Assembly (NCBI GenBank): GCA_019058315.1
Contig: JAHPZH010000005.1
Location: 64,001-128,000 of the forward strand
Length of the DNA: 64,000 bases
DNA from: Candidatus Helarchaeota archaeon
GTDB lineage: Archaea > Asgardarchaeota > Lokiarchaeia > Helarchaeales > RDOG01
Reading direction: 5' to 3'
In this document: positions 37,159-48,006 of the stretch, in pieces
How positions within the stretch are numbered: position 1 is the first letter of the stretch
Layout: the number at the start of each line of letters is the position of its first letter
Program-made: the position numbers and the translations under genes
Notes under the pieces: model-generated
What the model saw: only the letters and a program-made list of their open reading frames with translations
Database searches by the model: none
Told to the model about the DNA's origin: nothing

Positions 37159-38628
37159 TCATTCTTTAAATGCCATTCTTTTATATGTTTTCGCCCAATA
37201 ACCGTCATAAAACAAAGAACTGACTGGAAATCTGGGAGGTGAAGCCATCCTAGGTGTTGCTGGAATTCCTATACTCAATGTTGTAGGAACTATCCAGCTC
37301 CCAGGAATTCCAAGTTTATCCATCCATACTTGTTTACGCCTAGTATCAGCCGCAGTAAGGGCATTAAAACCCATTCCAAGCCCAAGCACCGGACATAAAT
37401 TCCACATATTTTGAATTAACATCGATAAAACCATTGTTGCTGTACTTGTGCCTCCCATTCCACCCCTTGGTTCAAAGTTATATGATGTTTGTATACAAGG
37501 TATTATAGTTGCATAGCTACGTGCTGGATAATACATAAGACTGCCGTCAGCCATATATTCATTAATTTTGGGATATATTGCCTCAGGTAAATACCATAAT
37601 CTATCTGCAACCATCTTCCAAGGAACCATTCCGAAGACAAACTTTGACATTTCCATTCCGCATTTTCCTAGAAATAATTTAGCATCATGATCTCTTGGTT
37701 CCCGTAAGAGAACTAAACGAAAATTTTGCATATTAACCATAGAAGCGGTGTTTCTGGCAGCTTCTAATATTGCTTCAATTTTCCACTCGGGCACCTTACC
37801 GCCTCCATCCTGCTCGTAAACATCATGATTTTCTTTAAATATTCTAATTGATCGTCTTAGATAAATAGAATCAAATACATCCATGTTAAATTCGAAGTCT
37901 TCTGGCATTTGATCCTTTTCATTCACATTTTCTCTAAAAGCAATTCGTCGATAGGGTCTTCCCCAATATCCATCAAATACAAGGCGTTCTAACGGTAATT
38001 TTGGTGCACGTGCAGTTGGATATAGTCGATTACCTTGCTCAGGCATACCAAAACATAGCCCAGCGAAGAGTTCCCAATCATGAGGAACACCCAATTTATC
38101 CTTTATCATCATTGCAGTGCGTTCTGAAGCAAAGGGTGCTGTTACAATAGACATTCCTACATTTTTACCAACTGAAGCGGTCCACATATTTTGAATTCCG
38201 GTTGCACAGACTACTGCACCGAATTCTGGTGGAGCTACCATATAGGGAGTGTCATACCAATTGCCATTTCCTATAGCCAAAACGAAAGTATCACACTTTT
38301 CAATAATATCCCCAGCAGTCTCATTTTTTGTCCATTTTTCGATATATAGGGGGCGGACCTCTGGGGGTATATTTTTTAGTCGTTCATTTAAAAGTGGTGC
38401 AGGAAGCATAGTTTTTCCGTGAATGTGGATTTCTCTACACATTTTAGCAACCCAATTTTTTATATCCTCATCCTTAACAATTATAAACCGTAAATGCTGA
38501 ACATTCTCCGGCGAGGGGGCCCACCGAGCCGCGTCATAAATGCCTTCCATTACTTCAGGTTCTATTTCACGCTCTGGTTTAAAGGTTTTAACCGAGGACC
38601 TTAACATTAATGCATCATAAATATTCAT
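37159..38628 (-). CDS. Tandem two-domain nitroreductase-family flavoprotein
   Basis: Two repeats: 'LRSSVKTF...AARWAPSPENVQ' and 'LRRSIRIF...AARNTASMVNMQ'; both end in 'DGYW...Y.R.AF'. Confidence 0.85.
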   Translation of the reverse strand: MNIYDALMLRSSVKTFKPEREIEPEVMEGIYDAARWAPSPENVQHLRFIIVKDEDIKNWVAKMCREIHIHGKTMLPAPLLNERLKNIPPEVRPLYIEKWTKNETAGDIIEKCDTFVLAIGNGNWYDTPYMVAPPEFGAVVCATGIQNMWTASVGKNVGMSIVTAPFASERTAMMIKDKLGVPHDWELFAGLCFGMPEQGNRLYPTARAPKLPLERLVFDGYWGRPYRRIAFRENVNEKDQMPEDFEFNMDVFDSIYLRRSIRIFKENHDVYEQDGGGKVPEWKIEAILEAARNTASMVNMQNFRLVLLREPRDHDAKLFLGKCGMEMSKFVFGMVPWKMVADRLWYLPEAIYPKINEYMADGSLMYYPARSYATIIPCIQTSYNFEPRGGMGGTSTATMVLSMLIQNMWNLCPVLGLGMGFNALTAADTRRKQVWMDKLGIPGSWIVPTTLSIGIPATPRMASPPRFPVSSLFYDGYWAKTYKRMAFKE

Positions 38629-38646
38629 TTTTCACACCCTGCATCA

Positions 38647-39069
38647 TTAGCCTGCCATATCAGCCAATTTTTTTGAAAAATCAGGGTCTCTTGAAATTAT
38701 ACTGGAAGAAAATTGAAGACCTTCATTTAAATTAGCCATTATCCAACCTTTTCCTGCTCTTATTACCTTCATCAACATTCCTGGATTTTTGAATATCTCA
38801 ACACCATCTGCATCATTTATAAAACAAAAAATTACTTCTGGGGAAGGATACTCACCTGAACGAACTTTCATGATCAAGTTTTCATTTTTAAAATAAATTA
38901 TGAGATGAAACCGTTCTTCCCATTTCGAAGATTCTATACTACCATTGATTCTAAAGCCGATGACCTTTCCATCGTATGTAGAAATCCATTTTTTAACTGA
39001 TTCTTTGATTTTGTCAGATTTTGGAGCTTCTTTAGCTATAAATTCGACTAATTCGCGTATTTTTCCCAT
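38647..39069 (-). CDS. SCP2 (sterol carrier)-like lipid-binding protein
   Basis: 'VRSGEYPSPEVIF...MKVIRAGKGWIMANL' SCP2-like pattern. Confidence 0.5.
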   Translation of the reverse strand: MGKIRELVEFIAKEAPKSDKIKESVKKWISTYDGKVIGFRINGSIESSKWEERFHLIIYFKNENLIMKVRSGEYPSPEVIFCFINDADGVEIFKNPGMLMKVIRAGKGWIMANLNEGLQFSSSIISRDPDFSKKLADMAG

Positions 39070-39295
39070 TTTTATCCCTTGTTTAAGTTTTTTTATTCTT
39101 AAAAAATATAAATTTTGTAAACAAAATAAAGTAGTAAGTAAATTTTAAGATATTTGTTTTCGATTTGTTTTGTTAGAGACTATGAATCCCTCCCTTTAGG
39201 AAAGAGTATCACAAACGTCTATTACTAATAAAATTAAAAAATAAAAGATAAAATTATTCAATAATACGTTAATCATTAATTGAGATGTTGATTGC

Positions 39296-40714
39296 TTGGA
39301 AATAGATTTTAACCCACTTTTTTATCCAAAATCTGTGGCAGTTTATGGAGCCAAAGAAAATAGGGCGGGATATATCACGCCTTTTCAAGAATTCAATTAT
39401 CAAGGTAAATTATTTCTCATCTCTGATAAAGAAGATGAAGTCTTTGGGATTAAATGTTATAGATCCATTTTTGATTTTCCTGATCCAGTCGATTTCGTGA
39501 TAATTGCAATTCGACGCGAATATGTATTACAGGCTATTAAAGATTGTAAAAAAAAGGGAGTAAAATTTGTCCATATCTTTACTGCAGGTTTCAGCGAAAA
39601 AGATAGTGAAGGAAAGGAAATTGAAGATAAAATATTAGAAGTTATTAATAAGGAGCCTAGAGGACCTCGAATAGTTGGACCTAACTGTATGGGATTATAT
39701 TCTCCGGAGGGAAGGTTGTCATTCGGTCCGAGCTTTTCGAGAGAAAGTGGTCCTGTAGGTGTTATAAGCCAGTCAGGAGCATTAGCATATAGATTTGTGT
39801 TTGATGGAATGTATCGAGGATTTAGATTCTCAAAATTAATCTCGTTAGGTAATAGTATTGATTTAACGATGTTAGATTTTCTAAAATATTTGAATCAAGA
39901 TCCAAAGACAAAAGTTATTTGTATTTATTCAGAGGGACTCTCTTCAAATCAAGGAAAGGATTTATTGAAAATTTTAAGGGAAGTTAAAAAACCAGTCGTT
40001 ATACTAAAAGGAGGTTTGTCAGAAGTCGGTAAAAGAGCTGCGATGTCCCATACAGGTTCTATAGCTTCGGATCAAAATGTTTGGAATTCAATTTTCAAAC
40101 AAACATCTGCAATTTCCGTCGAAAGTCTGACTGAACTTGCAGATCTTGCTCTTGCATTTTCTTATACAGATTTTCTTCCAAAAACTAAAAGAACTGCGAT
40201 CATGTCTTTTTCTGGTGGAATTTCAGTTGTCGGAGGAGATTTATGTACTAAAATTGGATTAGAAATTCCTCAATTCACAAGTCAAATTCGAGAAGAAATG
40301 AGAAAATATTTTCCTCCATGGGTTGAACCCCAGAATCCTTTAGATCTTCCTTCTATTTTTCGAAAACCACGAATGTTAGATATATATAGAAGTTTAGCAG
40401 AATCGGATTTTATAGATTCTGTCATCATTCAAGCACCTGGAAGGCTTGCGGACCCTTATTGGGATAAATTGAGACAGAGAAATCCAATTACTGTTCTAAA
40501 ATACTTAACAGAAGGTGGTGAAATTCTAAGAGAGCATAAAAAATTATATTTTATCTCATGTCCACCTTCTTATTTTTATCAAAAAAGAGAAATGATAAAA
40601 GAGAATTTCCTATCCCGTCGTTTTCCAGTATTTTTTTCGGTCCTTGACGCCGGTAGAGCGATATTAAAAATGAATGAATATTATTTAAAACAAGAAAAAT
40701 TAAGTCAATTATAA
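39296..40714 (+). CDS. NDP-forming acyl-CoA synthetase, alpha-subunit-like
   Basis: 'LFYPKSVAVYGA', 'TAGFSE', 'GPNCMG', 'SQSG', phospho-His 'SHTGSIA', 'NPLDL'. Confidence 0.9.
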   Translation: MEIDFNPLFYPKSVAVYGAKENRAGYITPFQEFNYQGKLFLISDKEDEVFGIKCYRSIFDFPDPVDFVIIAIRREYVLQAIKDCKKKGVKFVHIFTAGFSEKDSEGKEIEDKILEVINKEPRGPRIVGPNCMGLYSPEGRLSFGPSFSRESGPVGVISQSGALAYRFVFDGMYRGFRFSKLISLGNSIDLTMLDFLKYLNQDPKTKVICIYSEGLSSNQGKDLLKILREVKKPVVILKGGLSEVGKRAAMSHTGSIASDQNVWNSIFKQTSAISVESLTELADLALAFSYTDFLPKTKRTAIMSFSGGISVVGGDLCTKIGLEIPQFTSQIREEMRKYFPPWVEPQNPLDLPSIFRKPRMLDIYRSLAESDFIDSVIIQAPGRLADPYWDKLRQRNPITVLKYLTEGGEILREHKKLYFISCPPSYFYQKREMIKENFLSRRFPVFFSVLDAGRAILKMNEYYLKQEKLSQL

Positions 40715-40716
40715 AA

Positions 40717-41304
40717 TTAAGAGATTAATAATAATCCAAAGTATTTCAGTTCGTCTAGATTTTTTTCAGTTATAGTTTCAAGATTAAGACCAACTTTTTT
40801 CACTGTCGAAAATACATCAATCCCAACTGCTTCCATAGAGGGTCTAGCTTTATTTCTATGTCTACAAAATGTCCGTGCGACTAAAGGATCGATATCATCA
40901 TCCAATTCTTGCTTAATACATTTTTTACACAACAAACAACTTCCTGTAGAAAAAGCAAAAGCTTTAGGATAATTTAATTGAAATGCTTTCTTTTCTAATT
41001 TAACCATGGTTTTTTGCATTTTTTTATGATTTTGCATTAAAGGACCTGAAACTTCGCCTTTAAAGCCGATAAGAAGTGCGTGTGTATAATCTTTGATAAA
41101 TTTTTTTGTTTCCTCTATACTTGGGACAAAGGGAGGACAACATAAGGTATTTCCATAGACTTCGCACCCAAACATACATTTCCAACGTGGCCATCCATCA
41201 ACTACTACTTTTTCAGCCGGAATATATTTGGTGAATTCTCGAGATGCTCCCCACTTAACAGCAGAATCAGTTAGAATTTGAATAAGTTCATTAATTTCAT
41301 CCAT
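40717..41304 (-). CDS. DUF2284-like metal-binding protein
   Basis: 'KCMFGC..YG..LCCPP', 'GSCLLCKKC', 'RPSMEAVGIDV'. Confidence 0.8.
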   Translation of the reverse strand: MDEINELIQILTDSAVKWGASREFTKYIPAEKVVVDGWPRWKCMFGCEVYGNTLCCPPFVPSIEETKKFIKDYTHALLIGFKGEVSGPLMQNHKKMQKTMVKLEKKAFQLNYPKAFAFSTGSCLLCKKCIKQELDDDIDPLVARTFCRHRNKARPSMEAVGIDVFSTVKKVGLNLETITEKNLDELKYFGLLLIS

Positions 41305-41408
41305 TTTAATTACCAGAAAATTGAATTCTTTGAAACTATTAGATGAATCTATTTTAGAGATATAAGTTTGATTAAAAAGTAAAGACTATTTTTCTTATTT
41401 GATTTTTA

Positions 41409-42209
41409 TTATTTCTTTTTACTATTTACATGGTTTAGGAATGCTTTAACAACCATATGGAACTTGGGATCAGGCACAACGGAGAGATGGTCTCTGCCTT
41501 GTATCTGAAAATGACAGGCACCTGGAATTAGATTTGATATCAATGTTTTATTTTGAATTAAGATATCATTAGAACCCACTACGGTCATTACAGGTACTTT
41601 AATTTTTTTGAGAGCTTTTTTCATTTTTGAACGAGTCGTAAACTCTTCTTCTGCTTCTTGAAAATTACCCTCCATTACCGCGGCCAAAGCCTTTAGATCG
41701 CTACCTGTAGACTCCGCAAATGTTCGAAATTGACGAGCTACTGCATCATTTATTTCGTCTAGACTTTCTGCCCTTAATGCATCTACCATAACCCTAAACA
41801 TTGAATTAATTTGTTTTGTAGTTTTAGAGGGTAATGTTAGTCCATATCCGCCTAAAATAGCACAATTAAAACGTTGTAGCTCTCGGACTAATAAACCTAA
41901 AGTGATTCGAGCACCCATAGAATAACCAAAGAAGTTTGCTTTTTTAATAGATAAATGATCCATAAGTTTGGTGACATCTTCCAACATTTTTATACCATAT
42001 TGAGCTGGGTCTGTTGGTTTATCGCTTTTTCCATGACCTCGACAATCAATTAAAATTAGTCTATTCTCATTCTTTAGAACCTTTATCCAATTTGTTGCTC
42101 TCCAATTAAAGTCGATATTAGCTGCAAATCCATGAATCATAATTAGATCTGGACCTGATCCTTCAATTTCATAGTAAATCTTAACTCCCTCATTATCAAA
42201 AAATGGCAT
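41409..42209 (-). CDS. Alpha/beta hydrolase
   Basis: HGF oxyanion motif, DCRGHGKS, GYSMG nucleophile, GSND, RDH. Confidence 0.9.
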   Translation of the reverse strand: MPFFDNEGVKIYYEIEGSGPDLIMIHGFAANIDFNWRATNWIKVLKNENRLILIDCRGHGKSDKPTDPAQYGIKMLEDVTKLMDHLSIKKANFFGYSMGARITLGLLVRELQRFNCAILGGYGLTLPSKTTKQINSMFRVMVDALRAESLDEINDAVARQFRTFAESTGSDLKALAAVMEGNFQEAEEEFTTRSKMKKALKKIKVPVMTVVGSNDILIQNKTLISNLIPGACHFQIQGRDHLSVVPDPKFHMVVKAFLNHVNSKKK

Positions 42210-42260
42210 TATTATCCTTCTCCAATTTTTTTATGACTAAATAATTAAAGTATTATTAAT

Positions 42261-43508
42261 TTATTCAAAGAACTTTTCTTCGGTATATTCTGCTCCAACT
42301 GCATCTTTTTCTACATCTCGAGCTTCGATTTCAGGTATTTGTTGAAGTTCTTTATAATATTCATGTTGAATTAATAGATTCATTATTTCATTAGTCCCAG
42401 TCCATATTGTTGTAAGTCTAGCATCTCTCAAAAGTCTTTCTATTGGATAAACGTTCGTATAACCAATTCCTCCTAATATTTGCATAGCATGATTTATTAT
42501 TTGCCAATTCGCATCAGTGGAAAACTTTTTTGATTGACTTACCATTCGACGAATAACACCAGAATTCATCCCATCATTAGCATCGATATGCCTAGCAGTT
42601 GAGTAAACTAAACATCTTGCAGCATCAAGTAAGGTTATACAGTCGGCTATTTTAAATGAAACTCCTTGATACTTCATGATTGGGCTTCCAAATGCTTTTC
42701 GACGGGTGCTATATCTCGCAGCAATCTCTAATGCAGCTCTTCCAGAACCAATAGCACCACCTGCGCTGGTCATTCTTTCTGGGATCATCATTTGATTAAA
42801 AATTAATCCACCCATATTTAATTTACCTATTAGATTTTCTTCTGGAACTTCAACATCTTTGAAAAATAGTCTACCAGTTCCACCACCACGAGACCCCATG
42901 AGCCCATAGACATGTTTTACTTCAACTCCAAAATCTCTTTCAATAAGGAGCACACTTATTGATTGGTGTGGATCAGAAGTTTTTGGGGCCGTTTTAACAT
43001 AAACTAGAAAAACATCGGCACCTTCTGAACCAACCACGAATCTTTTCTGTCCATTTACAATAAAATATCCATTCTTTTTTTCTGCTAAACAGGTAGCACC
43101 AAAAAAATCTGAGCCGCCCCTAGGTTCAGTTAGAGCTTCAGCACAAAACATTTTTCCCTTTAGAATAGGCTCGAGATATTTCGTTTTTTGTTCCTCATTG
43201 CCAAATCTATTAATTGCCTCCCCGATTATACTGACAAGTGAATATAAACATGCTAATGAGCAACCTAAAACTCCTATTTCCTCTAAAGCTGCGATCTCTG
43301 CGACCCAGTTGAGCCCTTGCCCTCCATACTTTTTCGGAAATCTAACGCCTAATAATCCTTCTTTGGCAAGTCCCTGCACATATTCCTTTGGATATTGAAT
43401 TTCTTCTTTATCCATTTTTCGTAATAAATCATGAGGTACATTTCTTACATATTCTCTCGTTCTATATTTTATATTTTTTTGTTCCTTGTCTAAAAAAATG
43501 TCATACAT
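42261..43508 (-). CDS. Acyl-CoA dehydrogenase
   Basis: 'ALTEPRGGSD', 'NGQKRFV', 'RKAFG', 'QILGGIGY', 'IWTGTNEI'. Confidence 0.95.
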   Translation of the reverse strand: MYDIFLDKEQKNIKYRTREYVRNVPHDLLRKMDKEEIQYPKEYVQGLAKEGLLGVRFPKKYGGQGLNWVAEIAALEEIGVLGCSLACLYSLVSIIGEAINRFGNEEQKTKYLEPILKGKMFCAEALTEPRGGSDFFGATCLAEKKNGYFIVNGQKRFVVGSEGADVFLVYVKTAPKTSDPHQSISVLLIERDFGVEVKHVYGLMGSRGGGTGRLFFKDVEVPEENLIGKLNMGGLIFNQMMIPERMTSAGGAIGSGRAALEIAARYSTRRKAFGSPIMKYQGVSFKIADCITLLDAARCLVYSTARHIDANDGMNSGVIRRMVSQSKKFSTDANWQIINHAMQILGGIGYTNVYPIERLLRDARLTTIWTGTNEIMNLLIQHEYYKELQQIPEIEARDVEKDAVGAEYTEEKFFE

Positions 43509-43690
43509 GATTATTTAGCTCCATCTATTCTTTTTAAGATTTTTTTTCTATTTGGTTTTTTCATAGATACTTTAGACTTTTATCTTTAAATATTGGTAGT
43601 TTCTATTGTCTTTTATTATTTTAAATATAAGGTTTAGAGATTTTTTAATATTTGATGAACATAACTTAGTTTTCATAAATCTATGGTTGA

Positions 43691-45109
43691 ATGCTTATGG
43701 ACTCAAAACATTCTGAAAAAGTACCACTTAAACAAAAGTTAGGTTATTCATTTGGTGCAATCCCTGGCGGATTACTCGCGTTTGTGTTTACTATATATTA
43801 TGTTGAATTTTTTTACAATGATTTAAAACTATTACCTATTTATTTTATCGTAGGACAGATTATATATGCAATTGTTAATGCATTTAATGATCCTCTCCTT
43901 GGTCAACTCTCAGATCGTACAGATCGCAAGAAATGGGGAGGAAGAAGAATTCCTTATATAAAATATGGAGCACCTATCTGGGTACTAACATATATTATGA
44001 CTTGGTTCCCCTGGAGCTTTGATAATCAAATCATAATTTTTCTTCATTTTGTTGTGAGTATTTGTGCATACGATACTATGCTAACCCTAGTAATTTTATG
44101 CTGGATGGCGTTAGTTCCGGAAATGACATCAGATATAGACGAACGTAATAAAATTAATTTTCTAACCTTATTAGTCGGTTTTTTTGGTATACTACCATTC
44201 TTTATTATCATGCCTGGTGCAAAAGCAGCGGGTTTGGGACCTTTTCAATTTGTAAATATCATAATTGGAATAATTTCTTTGATATGTTATTTTATTGTCG
44301 CAGCAACTAACAAAGAGAAACCTGAATTTCAGAAAGATGAAGTTTTTCCTCTTATAAAATCAGCAAAAGAAACTGTTAAATTAAAATCATTTTTACTATT
44401 TATTGGTTATAATTTTTGTGGAGTTTTAAAAGGATCTATTAGTTTAAGTTATATTTTCGTTTTTGCTTATATTCTAGGTGGGGAACCATCTGATGCTATA
44501 ATTTTGTTTTTACTAGTCTATTTACCTGTTTCTTATGTTTCATATATATTTTGTATGAGTTTAAATTCAAGATCAAATTGGAGTATGCGGAAAATTATCT
44601 TAATTTTTGGGTCATTACAAGTTATAGGAAATATTGTTATATTTCTGCTTATAATTAATCCACAAACCGAATCATTAGTCTGGTTTGGGCTTGTTTGGAC
44701 GACTTTCTTTGGGGGTTATGGTATATTTACAACATCTATAATGAGTCTCTCAATGGATGAGGATGAAGTCAATCAAGGAACTCGTAGAGAAGGTATGTTC
44801 TTAGGAATGAATGCTTTATTTACAAAACCCGCAAATAGTATAGGGCCTATATTTGCCACATTTATTCTTGAAGCATCTGGGTATTTAAAAGGTTTGTTAT
44901 TGATGAGTCGTTCTCTTTTTCAGTTACCAGAAGCATTGTTTGGAATAAAAATACTATTTTTAATAATTCCTGCAATTTTTTCACTAATTAGTTTTATTTT
45001 TATGTATTTTTACCCACTGCATGGTGAGACATTAAAAGAACTACAGTCAAAATTAGAAGAACTTCATAAGAAAAAAAGAGAAAAATTAGTATCGAATTCA
45101 GAAAAATAA
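43691..45109 (+). CDS. MFS transporter, GPH (MelB-like) family
   Basis: 'NAFNDPLLGQLSDRT...GRRIPY', 'DEDE...GTRREG'. Confidence 0.9.
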   Translation: MLMDSKHSEKVPLKQKLGYSFGAIPGGLLAFVFTIYYVEFFYNDLKLLPIYFIVGQIIYAIVNAFNDPLLGQLSDRTDRKKWGGRRIPYIKYGAPIWVLTYIMTWFPWSFDNQIIIFLHFVVSICAYDTMLTLVILCWMALVPEMTSDIDERNKINFLTLLVGFFGILPFFIIMPGAKAAGLGPFQFVNIIIGIISLICYFIVAATNKEKPEFQKDEVFPLIKSAKETVKLKSFLLFIGYNFCGVLKGSISLSYIFVFAYILGGEPSDAIILFLLVYLPVSYVSYIFCMSLNSRSNWSMRKIILIFGSLQVIGNIVIFLLIINPQTESLVWFGLVWTTFFGGYGIFTTSIMSLSMDEDEVNQGTRREGMFLGMNALFTKPANSIGPIFATFILEASGYLKGLLLMSRSLFQLPEALFGIKILFLIIPAIFSLISFIFMYFYPLHGETLKELQSKLEELHKKKREKLVSNSEK

Positions 45110-45139
45110 AAAATTCTTGTTAAGAAGTTAAACAATAAA

Positions 45140-45781
45140 ATGAATCTAATTACAGAAAATTATTTGGAACAAATTAAGCGTTGGCCTAAAACTGGGCATC
45201 ATATATTGGCGCAATATAATGATAAATCTGTTGTTGTATACCAAGCTTATAGCACTTCTATAGGTCATTTTGCTGCAACTCATGGATATTTCGGTGGAGA
45301 ATTCAAATTAAATCGGATGTCTTGGATTAAAACAAATTTCCTTTGGATGATGTATCGCAGTGGGTGGGCCACGAAAATTGGGCAAGAGGTCATTCTAGCA
45401 ATTAAAATTAAACGTAATGCATTTGATTCCATACTATCACAAGCCATCCATTCAACTTTTATCCCAGAAATTTATGAAAGTAGAGAGAAATGGAAGGAAT
45501 TAGTTAAAAATTCAAATGTAAGACTACAATGGGATCCTGATCATGACCCTTCAGGTAAAAAATGTGAAAGACGAGCAATTCAACTAGGTCTTCGTCGAGA
45601 TGTATTAAAGAAATACGCAAAAGAATGGATTATTGAAATCGAAGATATAACTGGTTTTGTAACTGAACAGAAACAAAGTATTCAAAACGATAATTTTTCC
45701 AAATTAATAACGCCACAAGAAAAAGTATATCCAATTACTAATCTAAAAATTATTAAAAAGTTTGGATTATCTAAAATCTAA
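45140..45781 (+). CDS. DUF4291 family protein
   Basis: 'VYQAY', 'RMSWIKTNFLWMMYRSGWATK', 'VRLQWDPDHDP', 'RRAIQLGL'. Confidence 0.85.
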   Translation: MNLITENYLEQIKRWPKTGHHILAQYNDKSVVVYQAYSTSIGHFAATHGYFGGEFKLNRMSWIKTNFLWMMYRSGWATKIGQEVILAIKIKRNAFDSILSQAIHSTFIPEIYESREKWKELVKNSNVRLQWDPDHDPSGKKCERRAIQLGLRRDVLKKYAKEWIIEIEDITGFVTEQKQSIQNDNFSKLITPQEKVYPITNLKIIKKFGLSKI

Positions 45782-46916
45782 TCATTTTTATTTTTAATCC
45801 ACAAAAAATACAAAAAGAAGAATCACTAGGTATTGATTTCTTACATTTAGGACATTCTATTGATGAACTTTCTTTAATATATTCATCTTTTTCTAAATAT
45901 TTTTGATATTCCCAGAGGTCTAATTCTTTATTACAATTCTTACAAATTGCTTTTACTTTCAACCATTCAAAAAATTCAGCCTTATGATAATTTGCATTAC
46001 AAAAGGGACAATAAACGATTTGTTCTGCACTTATGGTTCTATTGCAAATTAAACATTTTGGAATGTTATTTAAACAAGATTTACATATTTTAGCACTTCT
46101 TGGATTTGCATTTCCGCAAGATGAACATATCAGGGGCTTGGATGGAATTTCAAACTCTTCGCTTAGATGAACTTTTTCATGTATTTTTTCATTGGATAAA
46201 TTAAATTCATTGGTTGGCGGTTTAGGGGTATTAGGGGCGTGGGTATGGTGAGAGAGTCTCTCTATAGAAATACTTGGAGGTTTAGGAATAGGTGACCTCC
46301 AATCTCTATAACTTGTATCTATCCCGCTATCAATTCTATAATTTCTTAACCTTCTAGCTGGAGGGTTTCTTTCTATGATGTATTGTATATGTTTCATCAT
46401 TTTTGGTTTGTAATATCCAATTATATTTATAATCATCCCTATTATTGCTACTACGATATTAGTTCCTATACCACCTACTCGATTGGCAGTCATTCTTTGA
46501 AATTCTTCAATAAAAATAATTAATGCTCCTAGGAATGGAGGTAAACCCATTTCAAAATTTAATTCTATATCTAATGAAAGAATTATGTATGCAACCGTAA
46601 AAATAGTCAGTCTTATTTGTGAAATAATATAGTCTAATTTAATAAACAAACTAGGGATTATAATAATTTGTGCAATTATTCCTATAATTATTCCAGTATA
46701 TATCAATTTATTATTATCTAATTTACTCCCAAAATATACTAAAGCAAATTCAATAAGAAGACCACTAATATTAAATATGCCTACATATCTATATTCAGGA
46801 GTTTTTCCCACAACTGTGATGAACACAGTTATTGCTGCGTTTATTATTGTAGTAATGATGAAAATAATCCCAATAAAATATCCAATTCCAGAACCTTCTT
46901 CATTATTTAATGTCAA
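45771..46916 (-). CDS. Multi-pass membrane protein with Zn ribbons and RING-like domain (putative E3 ligase)
   Basis: About 5-6 TM, Pro-rich linker, CSSC..CKSC, CLIC..CPFC...HKAEFFEWL...CKNC, CPKC..CIFC. Confidence 0.75.
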   Translation of the reverse strand: MTLNNEEGSGIGYFIGIIFIITTIINAAITVFITVVGKTPEYRYVGIFNISGLLIEFALVYFGSKLDNNKLIYTGIIIGIIAQIIIIPSLFIKLDYIISQIRLTIFTVAYIILSLDIELNFEMGLPPFLGALIIFIEEFQRMTANRVGGIGTNIVVAIIGMIINIIGYYKPKMMKHIQYIIERNPPARRLRNYRIDSGIDTSYRDWRSPIPKPPSISIERLSHHTHAPNTPKPPTNEFNLSNEKIHEKVHLSEEFEIPSKPLICSSCGNANPRSAKICKSCLNNIPKCLICNRTISAEQIVYCPFCNANYHKAEFFEWLKVKAICKNCNKELDLWEYQKYLEKDEYIKESSSIECPKCKKSIPSDSSFCIFCGLKIKMIRF

Positions 46917-47800
46917 GACATTTTAACCCCACAAAAAATACAATAAACTGAATCCCTAGGAATGTGTTTTTTGCAGTTTAAGCACATTTTTGGTGATAAT
47001 TTTTCAATTTTACGATCAATTTTATCGGTAATTTCTTCTAACTTCTCTTGAAGATCTAAATATTTTTGAAATTCCCACATATCAATTTCTTTCTTACAAA
47101 TTGGACAGCTTGCATTTACCTTTAACCATTCCAATATCTCAATTTTATGAAATGGAACACTACAATAAGGACAAAAAACCGATTCAATCAATGGAATAAG
47201 TTTTTTACAAATAACACACTCACCAAATTCAGTTGAACAATATCCACACTGCTTTGAATTTAATGGAATTGTATGGTGACAGATAGGACAGATATTGGCT
47301 TCATAGAGGGCTGATCTTTTTTCATATATTTCAGATATATTATTTAATAAATTGAATATATCATTTGCAAGATCTTCTAAATCTTTTTTTAATTCAGATC
47401 TATAAATTAATGGAATTAATAAAAGAATACATATAAAAGGTATAAGGATAATAAAAAATACAATTTGAGAATGTAATGAAGTATAAATTGATAATGTAGC
47501 TAAAAAAGCTATAGATATAGAAATTAAAATATACAACATTACTAGTACTGTTCTCTTATATCTAATTGTAATATTGGTCCCTATATTCTCTGCAAATGTT
47601 ACTATACCTTTATAAGGAATAGTTTTATCTGGACTATTAAAAAATTTCTTTTTAAATTCAATAGAAGATTCAGTTATTTTAGTTATTGATGCAGAATTGT
47701 CTTTTAAAAAAGCGATAATTTCTTTTTTACATTTATCTTTAGATAATTTTATTGTTGCAGAATGCAAAATGATACCATCTGATGATAATTCCAATAACAT
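46913..47800 (-). CDS. Two-TM protein with Zn ribbons and RING-like domain
   Basis: CVIC...CPYC...HKIEILEWLKVNASCPIC flanked by double Zn ribbons. Confidence 0.75.
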   Translation of the reverse strand: MLLELSSDGIILHSATIKLSKDKCKKEIIAFLKDNSASITKITESSIEFKKKFFNSPDKTIPYKGIVTFAENIGTNITIRYKRTVLVMLYILISISIAFLATLSIYTSLHSQIVFFIILIPFICILLLIPLIYRSELKKDLEDLANDIFNLLNNISEIYEKRSALYEANICPICHHTIPLNSKQCGYCSTEFGECVICKKLIPLIESVFCPYCSVPFHKIEILEWLKVNASCPICKKEIDMWEFQKYLDLQEKLEEITDKIDRKIEKLSPKMCLNCKKHIPRDSVYCIFCGVKMS

Positions 47801-48006
47801 ATAAATAAAACTGACATTTCCCTACAAATTATCTTTTAATTCATAGTTTATAAAAATTAATTTTATTGCAAAGAAAATAAAAATATTATTTTTTTATCTC
47901 AATACAATTCTTTTTAACAAAAAAATTTGAGTATATCAGTTGTTTCTGCCGATTTTTAAACTTTTTTGAATTAATATTAAAATATCAAATTACATTGCCT
48001 TTTTTA

